DNA from: a virus
Lineage: Duplodnaviria > Caudoviricetes
Reading direction: 5' to 3' (one strand)
Length of the DNA stretch: 51,157 nt
Virus record (IMG/VR): IMGVR_UViG_3300028920_000091
Location: 1-51,157 of that record
A program made the translations under genes and the position numbers. This document shows, piece after piece, positions 8,803 through 16,866 of the stretch. Below the pieces are notes generated by a model that was not told where the DNA came from, ran no database searches, and saw only the letters and a list, made by a program, of their open reading frames with translations. Each line of letters starts with the position of its first letter. Within the stretch, counting starts at the first letter, position 1.

Positions 8803-9019
8803 GACTGAAGCTGACCTTGTAGTGTTCCTTAAGTATGCCTACCTCTCAGGCTACAAGGAAGCTTACAAGCTGAGTGTGGAAGGCAAGGTCTGCCCCCGCT
8901 GTGGGGAAACTATACGCAAGAGACTCGCCCCGGACGATAAGACACTATGGAAAAGGATAAGTGTTCACTTCCATAAGTGGCTCTTGTCCATATCTAAGCA
9001 GAACCCGCATCAAGAATAG
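8744..9019 (+). CDS. Hypothetical protein with CPRC motif
   Basis: Last + strand ORF; GGAG RBS. Confidence 0.65.
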   Translation: MTTIPNNPTSKDLLTRKEIKTEADLVVFLKYAYLSGYKEAYKLSVEGKVCPRCGETIRKRLAPDDKTLWKRISVHFHKWLLSISKQNPHQE

Positions 9020-9419
9020 CCACGAACCCACGCTGATATGGCCTCTTAACGCACAGCAAGGGGATACCATTGCCCCCGTATCCCTTTGCTTGTGCAAGGC
9101 CACGCCTGATAAACTCTGCCTTCCGCTTGGACAGCAACCCAACGAACCCACGCATGCTGATGGCAAGTATATCGGAGACCTCTATCTCATGTGATGGTAT
9201 AAGCACATACAGCGTGTGGCTTTTCTTTGTCCCCACCACGAACCCGCAGGTGTAGTCAACCATAAGATACTTGGGAACCTGCTTACCATACTTGCACTCT
9301 ATTGAATAAATAGGATGGTCAATATCAGCAACCCTATCATGGTAACCAACACGGATGTTGCGTTTCCCACCAAGCACATGGGCTACCTCCTTCTCAAGTT
9401 CTTTCCACGCTTTCACCAC
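8994..9419 (-). CDS. PD-(D/E)xK nuclease, putative Holliday junction resolvase
   Basis: WKELEKEVAHVLGG...ADID...IECKYGK; at the end of the replication module. Confidence 0.72.
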   Translation of the reverse strand: MVKAWKELEKEVAHVLGGKRNIRVGYHDRVADIDHPIYSIECKYGKQVPKYLMVDYTCGFVVGTKKSHTLYVLIPSHEIEVSDILAISMRGFVGLLSKRKAEFIRRGLAQAKGYGGNGIPLLCVKRPYQRGFVAILDAGSA

Positions 9420-9645
9420 GCCCCCCTTTTACTATTTTCTTAGCCGCTTTTTCTATAAGGTCATCCAAGCTTTTGTCCTTCTTCTCGGTAAGCTTTTTCT
9501 TTTCGTTTGACTTGAGCTTCTGTGCCTGCTTAAAAGCACTGCGAATATACTCATTGTGGGTCGCATAAGAATAAGTCGCAGTGAACAGGTCACGCAAATC
9601 CGTATCAAGTAGCCCACCCCAATTTTCTGTTGCTACGATACCCAT
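9394..9645 (-). CDS. 83-aa protein with an N-terminus homologous to the major capsid protein N-terminus and a Lys-rich tail
   Basis: MGIVATENWGGLLDTDLRDLFTATYS versus [29 protein letters not shown] (16/26 identical); GGGGGTGA RBS. Confidence 0.8.
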   Translation of the reverse strand: MGIVATENWGGLLDTDLRDLFTATYSYATHNEYIRSAFKQAQKLKSNEKKKLTEKKDKSLDDLIEKAAKKIVKGGRGESVERT

Positions 9646-10160
9646 GTTATCACCCCCAATAGTAACCCGTATAACCAACACGCCCACCACCAGCTATCAG
9701 CCGGACACCATACCTTGACCAAGCCTATCTTTTTGCATGGCCCCCAGCTCCACTCAAAACAATTAGAACTGATGGCGGCCCCGATAAAACCAACACCCGA
9801 CAGCACAAGGATACCAAGCATAGGCAACCAAGAGAACCCATGGCCCACCCAGTAATACCATGCCGGTATCGCACCGCACAGCAACCCGTTCAGGAACAAC
9901 CCGAAGAACCCCATGGCCTGCTCTATTATGTCCGTCCCGGCCCACACCATCTGTATGCACTCATCATAGAACAGGGCTTGGTATATGCCCCAGCTTAAGA
10001 ACACAAGGAACAGGTAGAAATACCAAGGGTATCCACCAAGCAACGCAAAGACAGCCGTCACCAAGCCGACCAACAGGCCACGCTTCCACTTGCCGAAGCC
10101 ATGCTCTCCCCCGATAGCCCACGCAAACCCCATCAGTATCGCCAGTATTATGCCCATCAT
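9633..10160 (-). CDS. Multi-pass membrane protein
   Basis: Several hydrophobic Trp/Gly-rich segments. Confidence 0.8.
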   Translation of the reverse strand: MMGIILAILMGFAWAIGGEHGFGKWKRGLLVGLVTAVFALLGGYPWYFYLFLVFLSWGIYQALFYDECIQMVWAGTDIIEQAMGFFGLFLNGLLCGAIPAWYYWVGHGFSWLPMLGILVLSGVGFIGAAISSNCFEWSWGPCKKIGLVKVWCPADSWWWACWLYGLLLGVITWVS

Positions 10161-10444
10161 TCCCCCTTTACAAATGTCGCCAACACATCCATCTCGTCCT
10201 GTAACAGCATCTCCTCCCCGTCAATGACAAGGCCAACCCCTACAAACTTGTCTATCAACACCCGGTCACCCACCTTAAGGTCTATGCACTCATTGGCCTC
10301 TACTACCTTGCCCGTCAGCAACCTGCTGTTTCCCCACAGGTCAGCATCCACCGATTCCGGAAGGTGTATACCGCCCTGAGAAACAAGCTTGGGTATCTCC
10401 AACTGCAACAACACATGTCCCCTCTTAGGCTTTAGTAACATCAT
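10157..10444 (-). CDS. groES: GroES/Cpn10-like co-chaperonin
   Basis: LKPKRGHVLL...SQGGIHLP...GKVV...LKVGDRVLIDKFVG...IDGEEMLL.DEMDVLA. Confidence 0.88.
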   Translation of the reverse strand: MMLLKPKRGHVLLQLEIPKLVSQGGIHLPESVDADLWGNSRLLTGKVVEANECIDLKVGDRVLIDKFVGVGLVIDGEEMLLQDEMDVLATFVKGE

Positions 10445-10623
10445 ACTCTCCTTTTTTGTATAGTTTTTTTGCCTTTCGGTATGCCCTTCTTGGGTCTACC
10501 TTTTTTCTTATGCTTTCCGGCAGGTGTGCGTATTGCATCATCACTGCCTTGCGTATCGCCTTTGACTTCACCTTCCTCATGTTCCCCCAGTTCATATGGT
10601 TTCGTAGTCATCACCCATGACAT
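10441..10623 (-). CDS. Small basic hypothetical protein
   Basis: GAGGA RBS; Lys-rich C-terminus with a KGRPKK AT-hook-like motif. Confidence 0.6.
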   Translation of the reverse strand: MSWVMTTKPYELGEHEEGEVKGDTQGSDDAIRTPAGKHKKKGRPKKGIPKGKKTIQKRRV

Positions 10624-10825
10624 TCCTCAACGGCACAGCATAACAAGTTATTTTCCCGTTAGTTTCCAGCGGGTGCTTCACTATGTCCGCACCCGTCATC
10701 TGGTAACTTCTTCCCTTTAGCGTTCCCTTTGTGAACACTATGTCGTTTAGGTCTTTTACTTTGTATTTTGCTATCAGCACCGTCCTGTCGTGCCACCGTG
10801 GGTTCCATATTTCTATTCTGTTCAT
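10592..10825 (-). CDS. Hypothetical protein
   Basis: GGAGGAGG RBS. Confidence 0.75.
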   Translation of the reverse strand: MNRIEIWNPRWHDRTVLIAKYKVKDLNDIVFTKGTLKGRSYQMTGADIVKHPLETNGKITCYAVPLRNVMGDDYETI

Positions 10826-11099
10826 CCTCCTCCAATCGTCTTGTCAGCCACCCCTCATAGAGTATGCCTTCATCCAATGTTATACGATACTGTGCTATGA
10901 CACTATCATGGCACGCATGGCATAACCCAACGGCATTGAAGGGGCTATGCACGAAGTTAGGACACATTGAACGGGCCAGACTGCTGTTGTGCAACCTGTG
11001 ATGCACTTCTTCCATTGGTTTAAGACAGTGCTTACAATACCCGTGCTGTGCTTTAAACACAAGTGTCCTAACTTCATGCGAGAACCCCTCACAATTCAT
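10659..11099 (-). CDS. HNH endonuclease
   Basis: CKHC...EVHH...NAVGLCHACH. Confidence 0.82.
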   Translation of the reverse strand: MNCEGFSHEVRTLVFKAQHGYCKHCLKPMEEVHHRLHNSSLARSMCPNFVHSPFNAVGLCHACHDSVIAQYRITLDEGILYEGWLTRRLEEDEQNRNMEPTVARQDGADSKIQSKRPKRHSVHKGNAKGKKLPDDGCGHSEAPAGN

Positions 11100-11251
11100 G
11101 CCCTACCTGCTGTCCTTGTTTTGGCACCTCTCGGTGGTTGCCTCTTGGTCCCACGGTTGCCAACACCACCGCCGGAACCATCACGCCTGCGGGTCCCACC
11201 GCAACTACCCCTGCCACCACGACCTGCGTTACCACGACCTGTTCTTGCCAT
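11096..11251 (-). CDS. 51-aa Gly/Arg-rich peptide
   Basis: Read by hand: MARTGRGNAGRGGRGSCGGTRRRDGSGGG...; AAAGGAG RBS, overlapping start/stop with both neighbours. Confidence 0.7.
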   Translation of the reverse strand: MARTGRGNAGRGGRGSCGGTRRRDGSGGGVGNRGTKRQPPRGAKTRTAGRA

Positions 11252-11577
11252 CACTTGTCTCCTTTCAGTTTACCTCTCGGGACTATGTATACCTTCCCGT
11301 CCTTGTATATGACATCCAGCCTGAACTTATACTTCGTCTTGGCCCGTGTCCTGATATAGGATTTGAACCCCGTATACTGTTTCATGTTCTCAATGCCAAG
11401 GCTACCCATGTCATTCCACATAACATCCTCAGTGTCCAAGGTGATAGCCCGCTCAATGATGTGGTCATACCTGCCCCTCACCTGCTTGCACCCCTGCTCC
11501 AGTATGTCCTCCACATTGCTCTTTGGTATCACCAGCCACCCGTTCCCCGTTGCTATCTTCTTCTTCCTTCCCATCAC
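11251..11577 (-). CDS. Hypothetical protein
   Basis: AAGGAGG RBS. Confidence 0.75.
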   Translation of the reverse strand: MMGRKKKIATGNGWLVIPKSNVEDILEQGCKQVRGRYDHIIERAITLDTEDVMWNDMGSLGIENMKQYTGFKSYIRTRAKTKYKFRLDVIYKDGKVYIVPRGKLKGDK

Positions 11578-11689
11578 ACCCTCCTTTGTTTAGATACGCT
11601 ACGATACATGGTATACAGAACATGCTACCCCACACCTTGATGTGCGGTGTATCGCCGCACTTATCACACCTGAGTATTACTTTCTCCAA
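11465..11689 (-). CDS. Small zinc-finger-like protein
   Basis: CDKC...CIPC; the C-terminal part overlaps the next gene. Confidence 0.45.
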   Translation of the reverse strand: MEKVILRCDKCGDTPHIKVWGSMFCIPCIVAYLNKGGCDGKEEEDSNGERVAGDTKEQCGGHTGAGVQAGEGQV

Positions 11690-12264
11690 TACACACCAGT
11701 CCAGTCTATGATATTAAGCGGCGTTGTTATCTTACGCTTCCACCGGAAGTCTGTCACCGCATATCGGCAGCCCTTGACTGCCCCGTAGTCATCTATGATA
11801 CAGAACCCACCGGGTGAGAGCTTATCATAGAGTATATCCAACACCTCAATGGTTGACCCATACATGTCCCCGTCCAGCCGGAGTATAGCAAGCTTGTCTA
11901 TCGGTGCCGTTGGCAGGGTGTCCTTGAACCAGCCCTCAAGGAAGACCACCTTGTCATCCAACAGGCCCTCCTTCCTGAAGTTATCTTCTACCTCCTGCCT
12001 GCTGACCGCCAACTCCTTACGCCTGTAATGCTTGTCACCATCGTCAGCCCTATACTTGGGGTCGGGGGGCGGTAGCCCACGAAAGGAGTCAGCCACGAAC
12101 ACTCGCCTGCCTGTGTGCATTGACTGCATGAGCATACACATGCCCCCCTTCCAGACACCAGTCTCTATGAAATCTCCCGGGATACCTTCCGCCACGACGG
12201 TATCAACACACCGCATAAGGTTATCCACACGACTGCCGGTAACCATAGTATAATCTTTATACAT
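11677..12264 (-). CDS. TylF/MycF/NovP-family O-methyltransferase
   Basis: GDFIETGVWKGG, DSFRGLP, GWFKDTLP, LRLDGDMYGST and GGFCIIDDY motifs. Confidence 0.92.
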   Translation of the reverse strand: MYKDYTMVTGSRVDNLMRCVDTVVAEGIPGDFIETGVWKGGMCMLMQSMHTGRRVFVADSFRGLPPPDPKYRADDGDKHYRRKELAVSRQEVEDNFRKEGLLDDKVVFLEGWFKDTLPTAPIDKLAILRLDGDMYGSTIEVLDILYDKLSPGGFCIIDDYGAVKGCRYAVTDFRWKRKITTPLNIIDWTGVYWRK

Positions 12265-12478
12265 CTTTGTCACTCTTGTCTTCCCACGCTTTGCGTATAA
12301 CCGCCCATATATCTTGATACCATGTGCGGTCTGAATAGCCCAGCTCATGCCGTGCTATGTCCACCACCACTTGGATGTCCGAATCGTTATCAGAATTATA
12401 GGCGGTCTCTATCTCCTCATCCCACTCGGAACAGAAGTCCATCAAAGCCTTACGCCTTACTTTGTATTTGCTCATCAA
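12257..12478 (-). CDS. Hypothetical acidic protein
   Basis: ORF in operon context. Confidence 0.65.
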   Translation of the reverse strand: MMSKYKVRRKALMDFCSEWDEEIETAYNSDNDSDIQVVVDIARHELGYSDRTWYQDIWAVIRKAWEDKSDKDV

Positions 12479-12608
12479 GTCCCCACCTTTCTTGCCAACA
12501 CCTCTTACTGCAATACCGTTGCTGCGGGTTCTTCTGGTTAAACCTCTTACCGCACATCTCGCACTTTACTTTTGTCTCTCTCCGAAACCCTTTCTTTTTT
12601 TCTGCCAT
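12450..12608 (-). CDS. Small zinc-finger protein (52 aa)
   Basis: Read by hand: KCEMCGKRF...QRYCSKRC; GGAGG RBS. Confidence 0.7.
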   Translation of the reverse strand: MAEKKKGFRRETKVKCEMCGKRFNQKNPQQRYCSKRCWQERWGLDEQIQSKA

Positions 12609-13051
12609 ATTATTCCTCCGTTCTCATACAGCCGTATAGCATCGGGATACTCACGGTATAATTCCCAACACTTGGTAGCCTTGTCAGCCTCCTCCCACTC
12701 CAGCCATATGGACATGTATTCCTCCAATGCCTTGGCGTTGCTGTAGTTAGAGGAAGTAATCTTACCTACGGCATCCATATACTTAGACACCTCAGGGTCC
12801 TTGAACACACGCAAGAGTATCTCCTGCTTCGCCTCTTTCTTCTGTGTCTTCCAGTCCATAGTATCCATGTCAGCACGGAGGGACTCCAGCTTATGCGGCG
12901 TAGAAGGCAGAGGCTGGTAAGCAAACTTATCCAACATGCCATAAGCCACCTCGGCCATGTATACTTCAAGCTCCTCTTGCGGAAGGCCAGCCCTTAAGGC
13001 GGCCATACATACCGCACCTATCTCATCATTGGCGTTCCATACTATCTCCAC
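12566..13051 (-). CDS. Hypothetical protein
   Basis: 161-aa ORF with AAGGAG RBS. Confidence 0.8.
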   Translation of the reverse strand: MEIVWNANDEIGAVCMAALRAGLPQEELEVYMAEVAYGMLDKFAYQPLPSTPHKLESLRADMDTMDWKTQKKEAKQEILLRVFKDPEVSKYMDAVGKITSSNYSNAKALEEYMSIWLEWEEADKATKCWELYREYPDAIRLYENGGIIWQKKRKGFGERQK

Positions 13052-13085
13052 CGTCTGTCTCCTTATCCATTATCCTTTGGGTTGG

Positions 13086-13181
13086 TGGGGGCTGGTCTTC
13101 TATGTTGCCTTAGTGTAACTACCATTTGTCATTACTCGGCTCGTTCTGCAGAACTGCCTTTCATCAAGCAACAAACCCCCA
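13086..13181 (-). ncRNA. Candidate structured RNA element
   Basis: Closing stem UGGGGGUUUGUU/GACCAGCCCCCA enclosing further hairpins in a gap with no long ORF. Confidence 0.3.
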
Positions 13182-13192
13182 TAACTCCTCCT

Positions 13193-13471
13193 TTAAATTG
13201 GCTCCCCGAACAGGTCTGTTACCCTGTTCCATTTGTAATAAGCAAGCTCATAATCACCACGGCCATACTTATCCTTAAACTTCTGTGTTGATATGGGGAC
13301 ACCCAGCTTTACCACCGTCCCCTTGTAGTCCACATGGGTATAGCCACGACCTACCGGGACAGCAACCAGATGCTCTACCTCGGCGTCCTTACCCAACACC
13401 TTGACACCCGGTATCACCGTCTTAGCCTTATATACTTTTGTATTTTGCGAGTGGGTCGTATTTGTCTGCAT
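13193..13471 (-). CDS. Hypothetical protein
   Basis: GGAGG RBS before ATG 13471. Confidence 0.7.
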   Translation of the reverse strand: MQTNTTHSQNTKVYKAKTVIPGVKVLGKDAEVEHLVAVPVGRGYTHVDYKGTVVKLGVPISTQKFKDKYGRGDYELAYYKWNRVTDLFGEPI

Positions 13472-14126
13472 ACTTATCCTCCAATGCTTTGGCATAGTTA
13501 TGGTCGTTGGCTATGAACCAGTCTATAGTGGCCTTCCATCCCCTGTCATTATGACCCTTCATAAAGGAACTCTGTGCCATCTTGTCTATAGCCTCCTTCC
13601 AGTTGTCCTTGAAGTGTATGTTCTCAAACCTCTTGCCCAGCTTCTTTTCCCTCTCGGGAGTGAGAGTAACTATACGGGGTAGTCCTTTCTTACTATTCCA
13701 GTAGTCTACTATCTCCTTATAGATACTCTCTTGTATATCCTTATCCTTATCCTTCACCCTTATTATACTGTAATGGTTAGATAACCCTTTACTAACCCTT
13801 TCCATCTGTTTTATCACACCCCTATGTGTAGAGGATGCAGGATTAAGGGGTAAGCCATACTGGAACTCAATGAACTTGGGTATAAACCAGTATGTCCCAC
13901 CGTTAAGGATACGCACCTTCTCACCATAAGCCACAAGGATTTCCCTCTCGTCATATACTTGAGCAAGATGATGGCTGGCCAGTATAAGGTTGACTTTATA
14001 TATACCGGCACAGTCACACTTGTCTAAGATGTATACCCATAAGAACTTATACTTGGTTTCAAGATTATAGAACCAAGGGTCGTCCCATTTATCCGTATCT
14101 GTCAGTCTCTTAGCCACTTTAAACAC
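13428..14126 (-). CDS. Phage replication initiator / replisome organiser
   Basis: N-terminal KRLTDTDKWDDPWF..L...KFLWVYIL..CD.AGIY, low-complexity KDKDKD linker and C-terminal GWKATIDWFI..NYAKALE.KY. The start may be GTG 14117. Confidence 0.8.
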   Translation of the reverse strand: MFKVAKRLTDTDKWDDPWFYNLETKYKFLWVYILDKCDCAGIYKVNLILASHHLAQVYDEREILVAYGEKVRILNGGTYWFIPKFIEFQYGLPLNPASSTHRGVIKQMERVSKGLSNHYSIIRVKDKDKDIQESIYKEIVDYWNSKKGLPRIVTLTPEREKKLGKRFENIHFKDNWKEAIDKMAQSSFMKGHNDRGWKATIDWFIANDHNYAKALEDKYADKYDPLAKYKSI

Positions 14127-14142
14127 CCCTTATTTTCAACAG

Positions 14143-14220
14143 AAAGGGGCCTCAGAGGGGCGAAAGGGGGGGAAGAAGATGAACCCCCCTTAAAAGTGGG
14201 AATGCCCCTCTAAGGACCTT
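14143..14220 (-). promoter_or_regulatory. Nested stem-loop (terminator, attenuator or origin element) upstream of the initiator gene
   Basis: Outer arms aaggtccttagaggggc/gcccctctgaggcccctt and inner arms aagggggg/cccccctt. Confidence 0.5.
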
Positions 14221-14228
14221 ATATCGCC

Positions 14229-14675
14229 TCAGAAGGGTGGTTCTTCTTCGCCCGCCACCATGACAGGTTGCTGTGATGCGTCCACGCTGTAGTTTGTCAC
14301 CTTATTATTGTTGTAGTCCTTGTCATAGCTGACAGTCCAGTAGGTAGTGCATCCCTTGCAGGCATCAAGAACCTTGGCAAAGGACTTGGACCCTACCTCC
14401 ATGGCTGACAGGTTTGACAGGTCTACATTACACGCCTGAACAAGGTTGGCTATGCGGAACAGGGATTTCTCTGTAAGGGGTGTGTAGTCCCTCATAGGCC
14501 CACCTGTGTCAGGACCCTCTATGATAGTGGATGTCCACAATACCTGAGGGGTCTTTGTGTTCTTGGCTTCAGTCTCCTCCCAGTCCTCAATACGCACACG
14601 ATAGGTGCCAGCCGCATACACCGGGAAGCTCTGGCTCGCTACCTTGCTCCAATCAATTACAGCTTTCTTGCCCAT
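14229..14675 (-). CDS. Single-stranded DNA-binding protein (DUF669-like)
   Basis: AGTYRVRIED..E motif, acidic tail EEEPPF, adjacent to the Sak4-like gene. Confidence 0.75.
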   Translation of the reverse strand: MGKKAVIDWSKVASQSFPVYAAGTYRVRIEDWEETEAKNTKTPQVLWTSTIIEGPDTGGPMRDYTPLTEKSLFRIANLVQACNVDLSNLSAMEVGSKSFAKVLDACKGCTTYWTVSYDKDYNNNKVTNYSVDASQQPVMVAGEEEPPF

Positions 14676-15418
14676 TACTCCTCCTTTTTCTTGTAATCAT
14701 ACTCACGCAATTTTGTCAGCAAGGTAGGGAAGTCGGCTACCTCGGCATCGTCAAGGCCCTTGAATTGACACTTGGTAACACACTGGTCATCAGGTCCGAA
14801 CTTGACCCACCGTTTCCCTGACTTGTCTGACACTCGCAGATGTCCACACACATCTACGATACCCACTATCTCCGGAGCTATACGCTTTGCCATCTTCGGG
14901 AAGGTGGCTGTCAACACCTTGCCGTCCATGTTGCGTATATCCAGCGGGAACTCCCATGCGTTGAACACTACCGTGATACCCTTGAACACAAGGTCACGGA
15001 ACAACCGCAGGTATTCCCTCATCTTGAACGCACCATCACCGTATTCTTTTATCTCGGTGAACTCCTTGTCCCGCTTGCGTGTCAGATACAGCAGGATGAA
15101 CTGTTCCATCTCGCTGATGTTATCCAACACCACATACTTGAACGGGTGCTTCTCAGTGGCCAGATACTTATACATCTTCTCCAGCCTTTCAAGCTCGTCC
15201 TCACCTTTGATACTGAACACCATGTGGTCAGTTCCCATCAACGGCCCCACCCCCGCCTCAAAGCTGATGAACAATGTCTCACCAGCCGGGAGGGTGCTTG
15301 CCATTGTGGTCTTGCCTACACCGGGATTAGCGTATATCAGGAACGATATTCCCCGCTGTATCTTATCCGGCACCTTACTCGGATTAAGAGTGTTGTTCGG
15401 TATATTACCGTTGGACAT
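14675..15418 (-). CDS. Sak4-like (AAA_24) ssDNA-annealing ATPase
   Basis: LIYANPGVGKTT, YVVLDNISE and VDVCGHL motifs; GGAGGAGG RBS before ATG 15418. Confidence 0.85.
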   Translation of the reverse strand: MSNGNIPNNTLNPSKVPDKIQRGISFLIYANPGVGKTTMASTLPAGETLFISFEAGVGPLMGTDHMVFSIKGEDELERLEKMYKYLATEKHPFKYVVLDNISEMEQFILLYLTRKRDKEFTEIKEYGDGAFKMREYLRLFRDLVFKGITVVFNAWEFPLDIRNMDGKVLTATFPKMAKRIAPEIVGIVDVCGHLRVSDKSGKRWVKFGPDDQCVTKCQFKGLDDAEVADFPTLLTKLREYDYKKKEE

Positions 15419-15617
15419 ATGGACCTCCTCCAAACTTACCTGCCCTCGCACGGAGGTCAGTCTCTGCTTTCCACCCTATCACCACTTCAGTTAGGGTCTT
15501 TACCGCTCCCGTCAGAGACAGGATATGCTCCTGCAAACTGTCCAAGGAAGCTGGAGCTTGCGGCCGTTCCTGTTGACTGGCATTTAGCGGTGATTTCTTG
15601 CTGTCTATGTCTGGCAT
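15405..15617 (-). CDS. Hypothetical protein
   Basis: GGAGGTGA RBS; overlaps the upstream ORF. Confidence 0.6.
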   Translation of the reverse strand: MPDIDSKKSPLNASQQERPQAPASLDSLQEHILSLTGAVKTLTEVVIGWKAETDLRARAGKFGGGPYVQR

Positions 15618-15957
15618 CTTTCACCTCCTTCTGTAATACTTCAAGTTCGTTTAATGGCACACACTTTGCTGTGCCTGTGCCTGAATCCCACATCGGTTGC
15701 ACGGGCGGATACTGTGGGGCCTGTATCTGCATAGTATCAAGCTTACTGAGTATCTTATCCAACAGGTCCTTGAGCATGTCCTGCCTCATAAGCAGGGCGT
15801 TGATACCGTCCTTCACCAAGTCAAGCTTGGTCTCCACACTGAGACTGGCCCACTCCACTGTCTTGTCGTTATTCAGTATCACAGGCTTGCCCATCTTGTC
15901 CAGCAAGCGTTTCTTCGGTGTGATTAACAGTGGCTTCTCTTTTTTTCCTTTCTGCAT
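15487..15957 (-). CDS. Hypothetical protein
   Basis: GGGGGAG RBS before ATG 15957. Confidence 0.6.
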   Translation of the reverse strand: MQKGKKEKPLLITPKKRLLDKMGKPVILNNDKTVEWASLSVETKLDLVKDGINALLMRQDMLKDLLDKILSKLDTMQIQAPQYPPVQPMWDSGTGTAKCVPLNELEVLQKEVKDARHRQQEITAKCQSTGTAASSSFLGQFAGAYPVSDGSGKDPN

Positions 15958-16837
15958 AACTCTCCCCCTTTTCAAAACATAATTGAACAGTCAGCTCATC
16001 GGGCTTTTCATCCCAACATATCTTTGAATACGGACACTCTTGATTAAACTGCCAGCATGCTTCTGGGTTGCGGTAATACCTGCCCGTCTTCTTACGCATG
16101 CGTATATCCTGAATAAGTGTGGTCATGTCCTGTTGCCACAGGTTGATGTCTGTTTCGGTGCGGTAGGTATAGTAACGGCGATAGTAAAACTCAGGCCGGT
16201 CATGGTAGTCCTTCATTATACGCAGTCCGAACTGGTCCATGTTCTCGGTAAGACGCTTACGCAACATAGGCCGCTTGATGATGTCAAACATGATACCGGC
16301 TATCGGTAGCTCTGTTTTTTTGTTGGCACCATAAACATACCCAGTCCCCTGTGCTGACTTACTGGCCCTACCTTCAAACTGTCTCATGCTTAATCCGGTA
16401 GTCTTAAATTCCCTGACCCACCAGTTCCCGTTGGATAGGACGAGACCATCAAGTCGGCCTATGAAGCGTATGCCCCGTGAGGAAGGCAACGGAACTTCAA
16501 ACTCCATCTCCGGTATCACTTCAGTTATCTCTGCGTCATACTCTGCGAAAGGAAAGTTGCCAAACATGCCAAGGGTCTGGTAACGAGCGACCACCAGTTC
16601 TTCTTGGTCTATCAATTCTGCTTTTGATATTTCTTCTGCGAAACTTTTTCTGATGTAGTCAAGGCAGTCATCGTGCGAGACACCAAGGTAATGTTGCTCC
16701 ATGGCACCATGCAGTATACGGCCTGTAATCAGGGATGTAGAGTGTTTGCGTGGGACGAGGTGTTCAACTGAATCAAAGAAATATTTTTTCCAGCAACTGC
16801 GTGCTATTGCGGATGAACGGTATGAAATGTATTCCAC
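15869..16837 (-). CDS. PD-(D/E)xK exonuclease (Cas4/RecB-like, Cys cluster)
   Basis: SCWKKYFF, GRILHGAME, GRLDG, REFKT, QGTGY and CWQFNQECPYSKIC motifs. Confidence 0.88.
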   Translation of the reverse strand: MEYISYRSSAIARSCWKKYFFDSVEHLVPRKHSTSLITGRILHGAMEQHYLGVSHDDCLDYIRKSFAEEISKAELIDQEELVVARYQTLGMFGNFPFAEYDAEITEVIPEMEFEVPLPSSRGIRFIGRLDGLVLSNGNWWVREFKTTGLSMRQFEGRASKSAQGTGYVYGANKKTELPIAGIMFDIIKRPMLRKRLTENMDQFGLRIMKDYHDRPEFYYRRYYTYRTETDINLWQQDMTTLIQDIRMRKKTGRYYRNPEACWQFNQECPYSKICWDEKPDELTVQLCFEKGESYAERKKREATVNHTEETLAGQDGQACDTE

Positions 16838-16866
16838 TTTACTCCTCGGTTTTTAACTTCACCGAT

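Noticed and set aside
13086-13181. Hammerhead ribozyme or tRNA
   Set aside because: UUGAUGA is not followed by the required stem II-GAAA core and there is no T-loop or cloverleaf. Kept only as an unclassified structured candidate.
14772-15982. Long + strand ORFs of 240 and 380 aa
   Set aside because: They are antisense to well-supported - strand genes and have no recognisable motifs.
15869-16837. Cas4-like nuclease as a sign of a CRISPR system
   Set aside because: There are no other cas genes or array, and its context (Sak4, SSB) is a standard phage recombination module.
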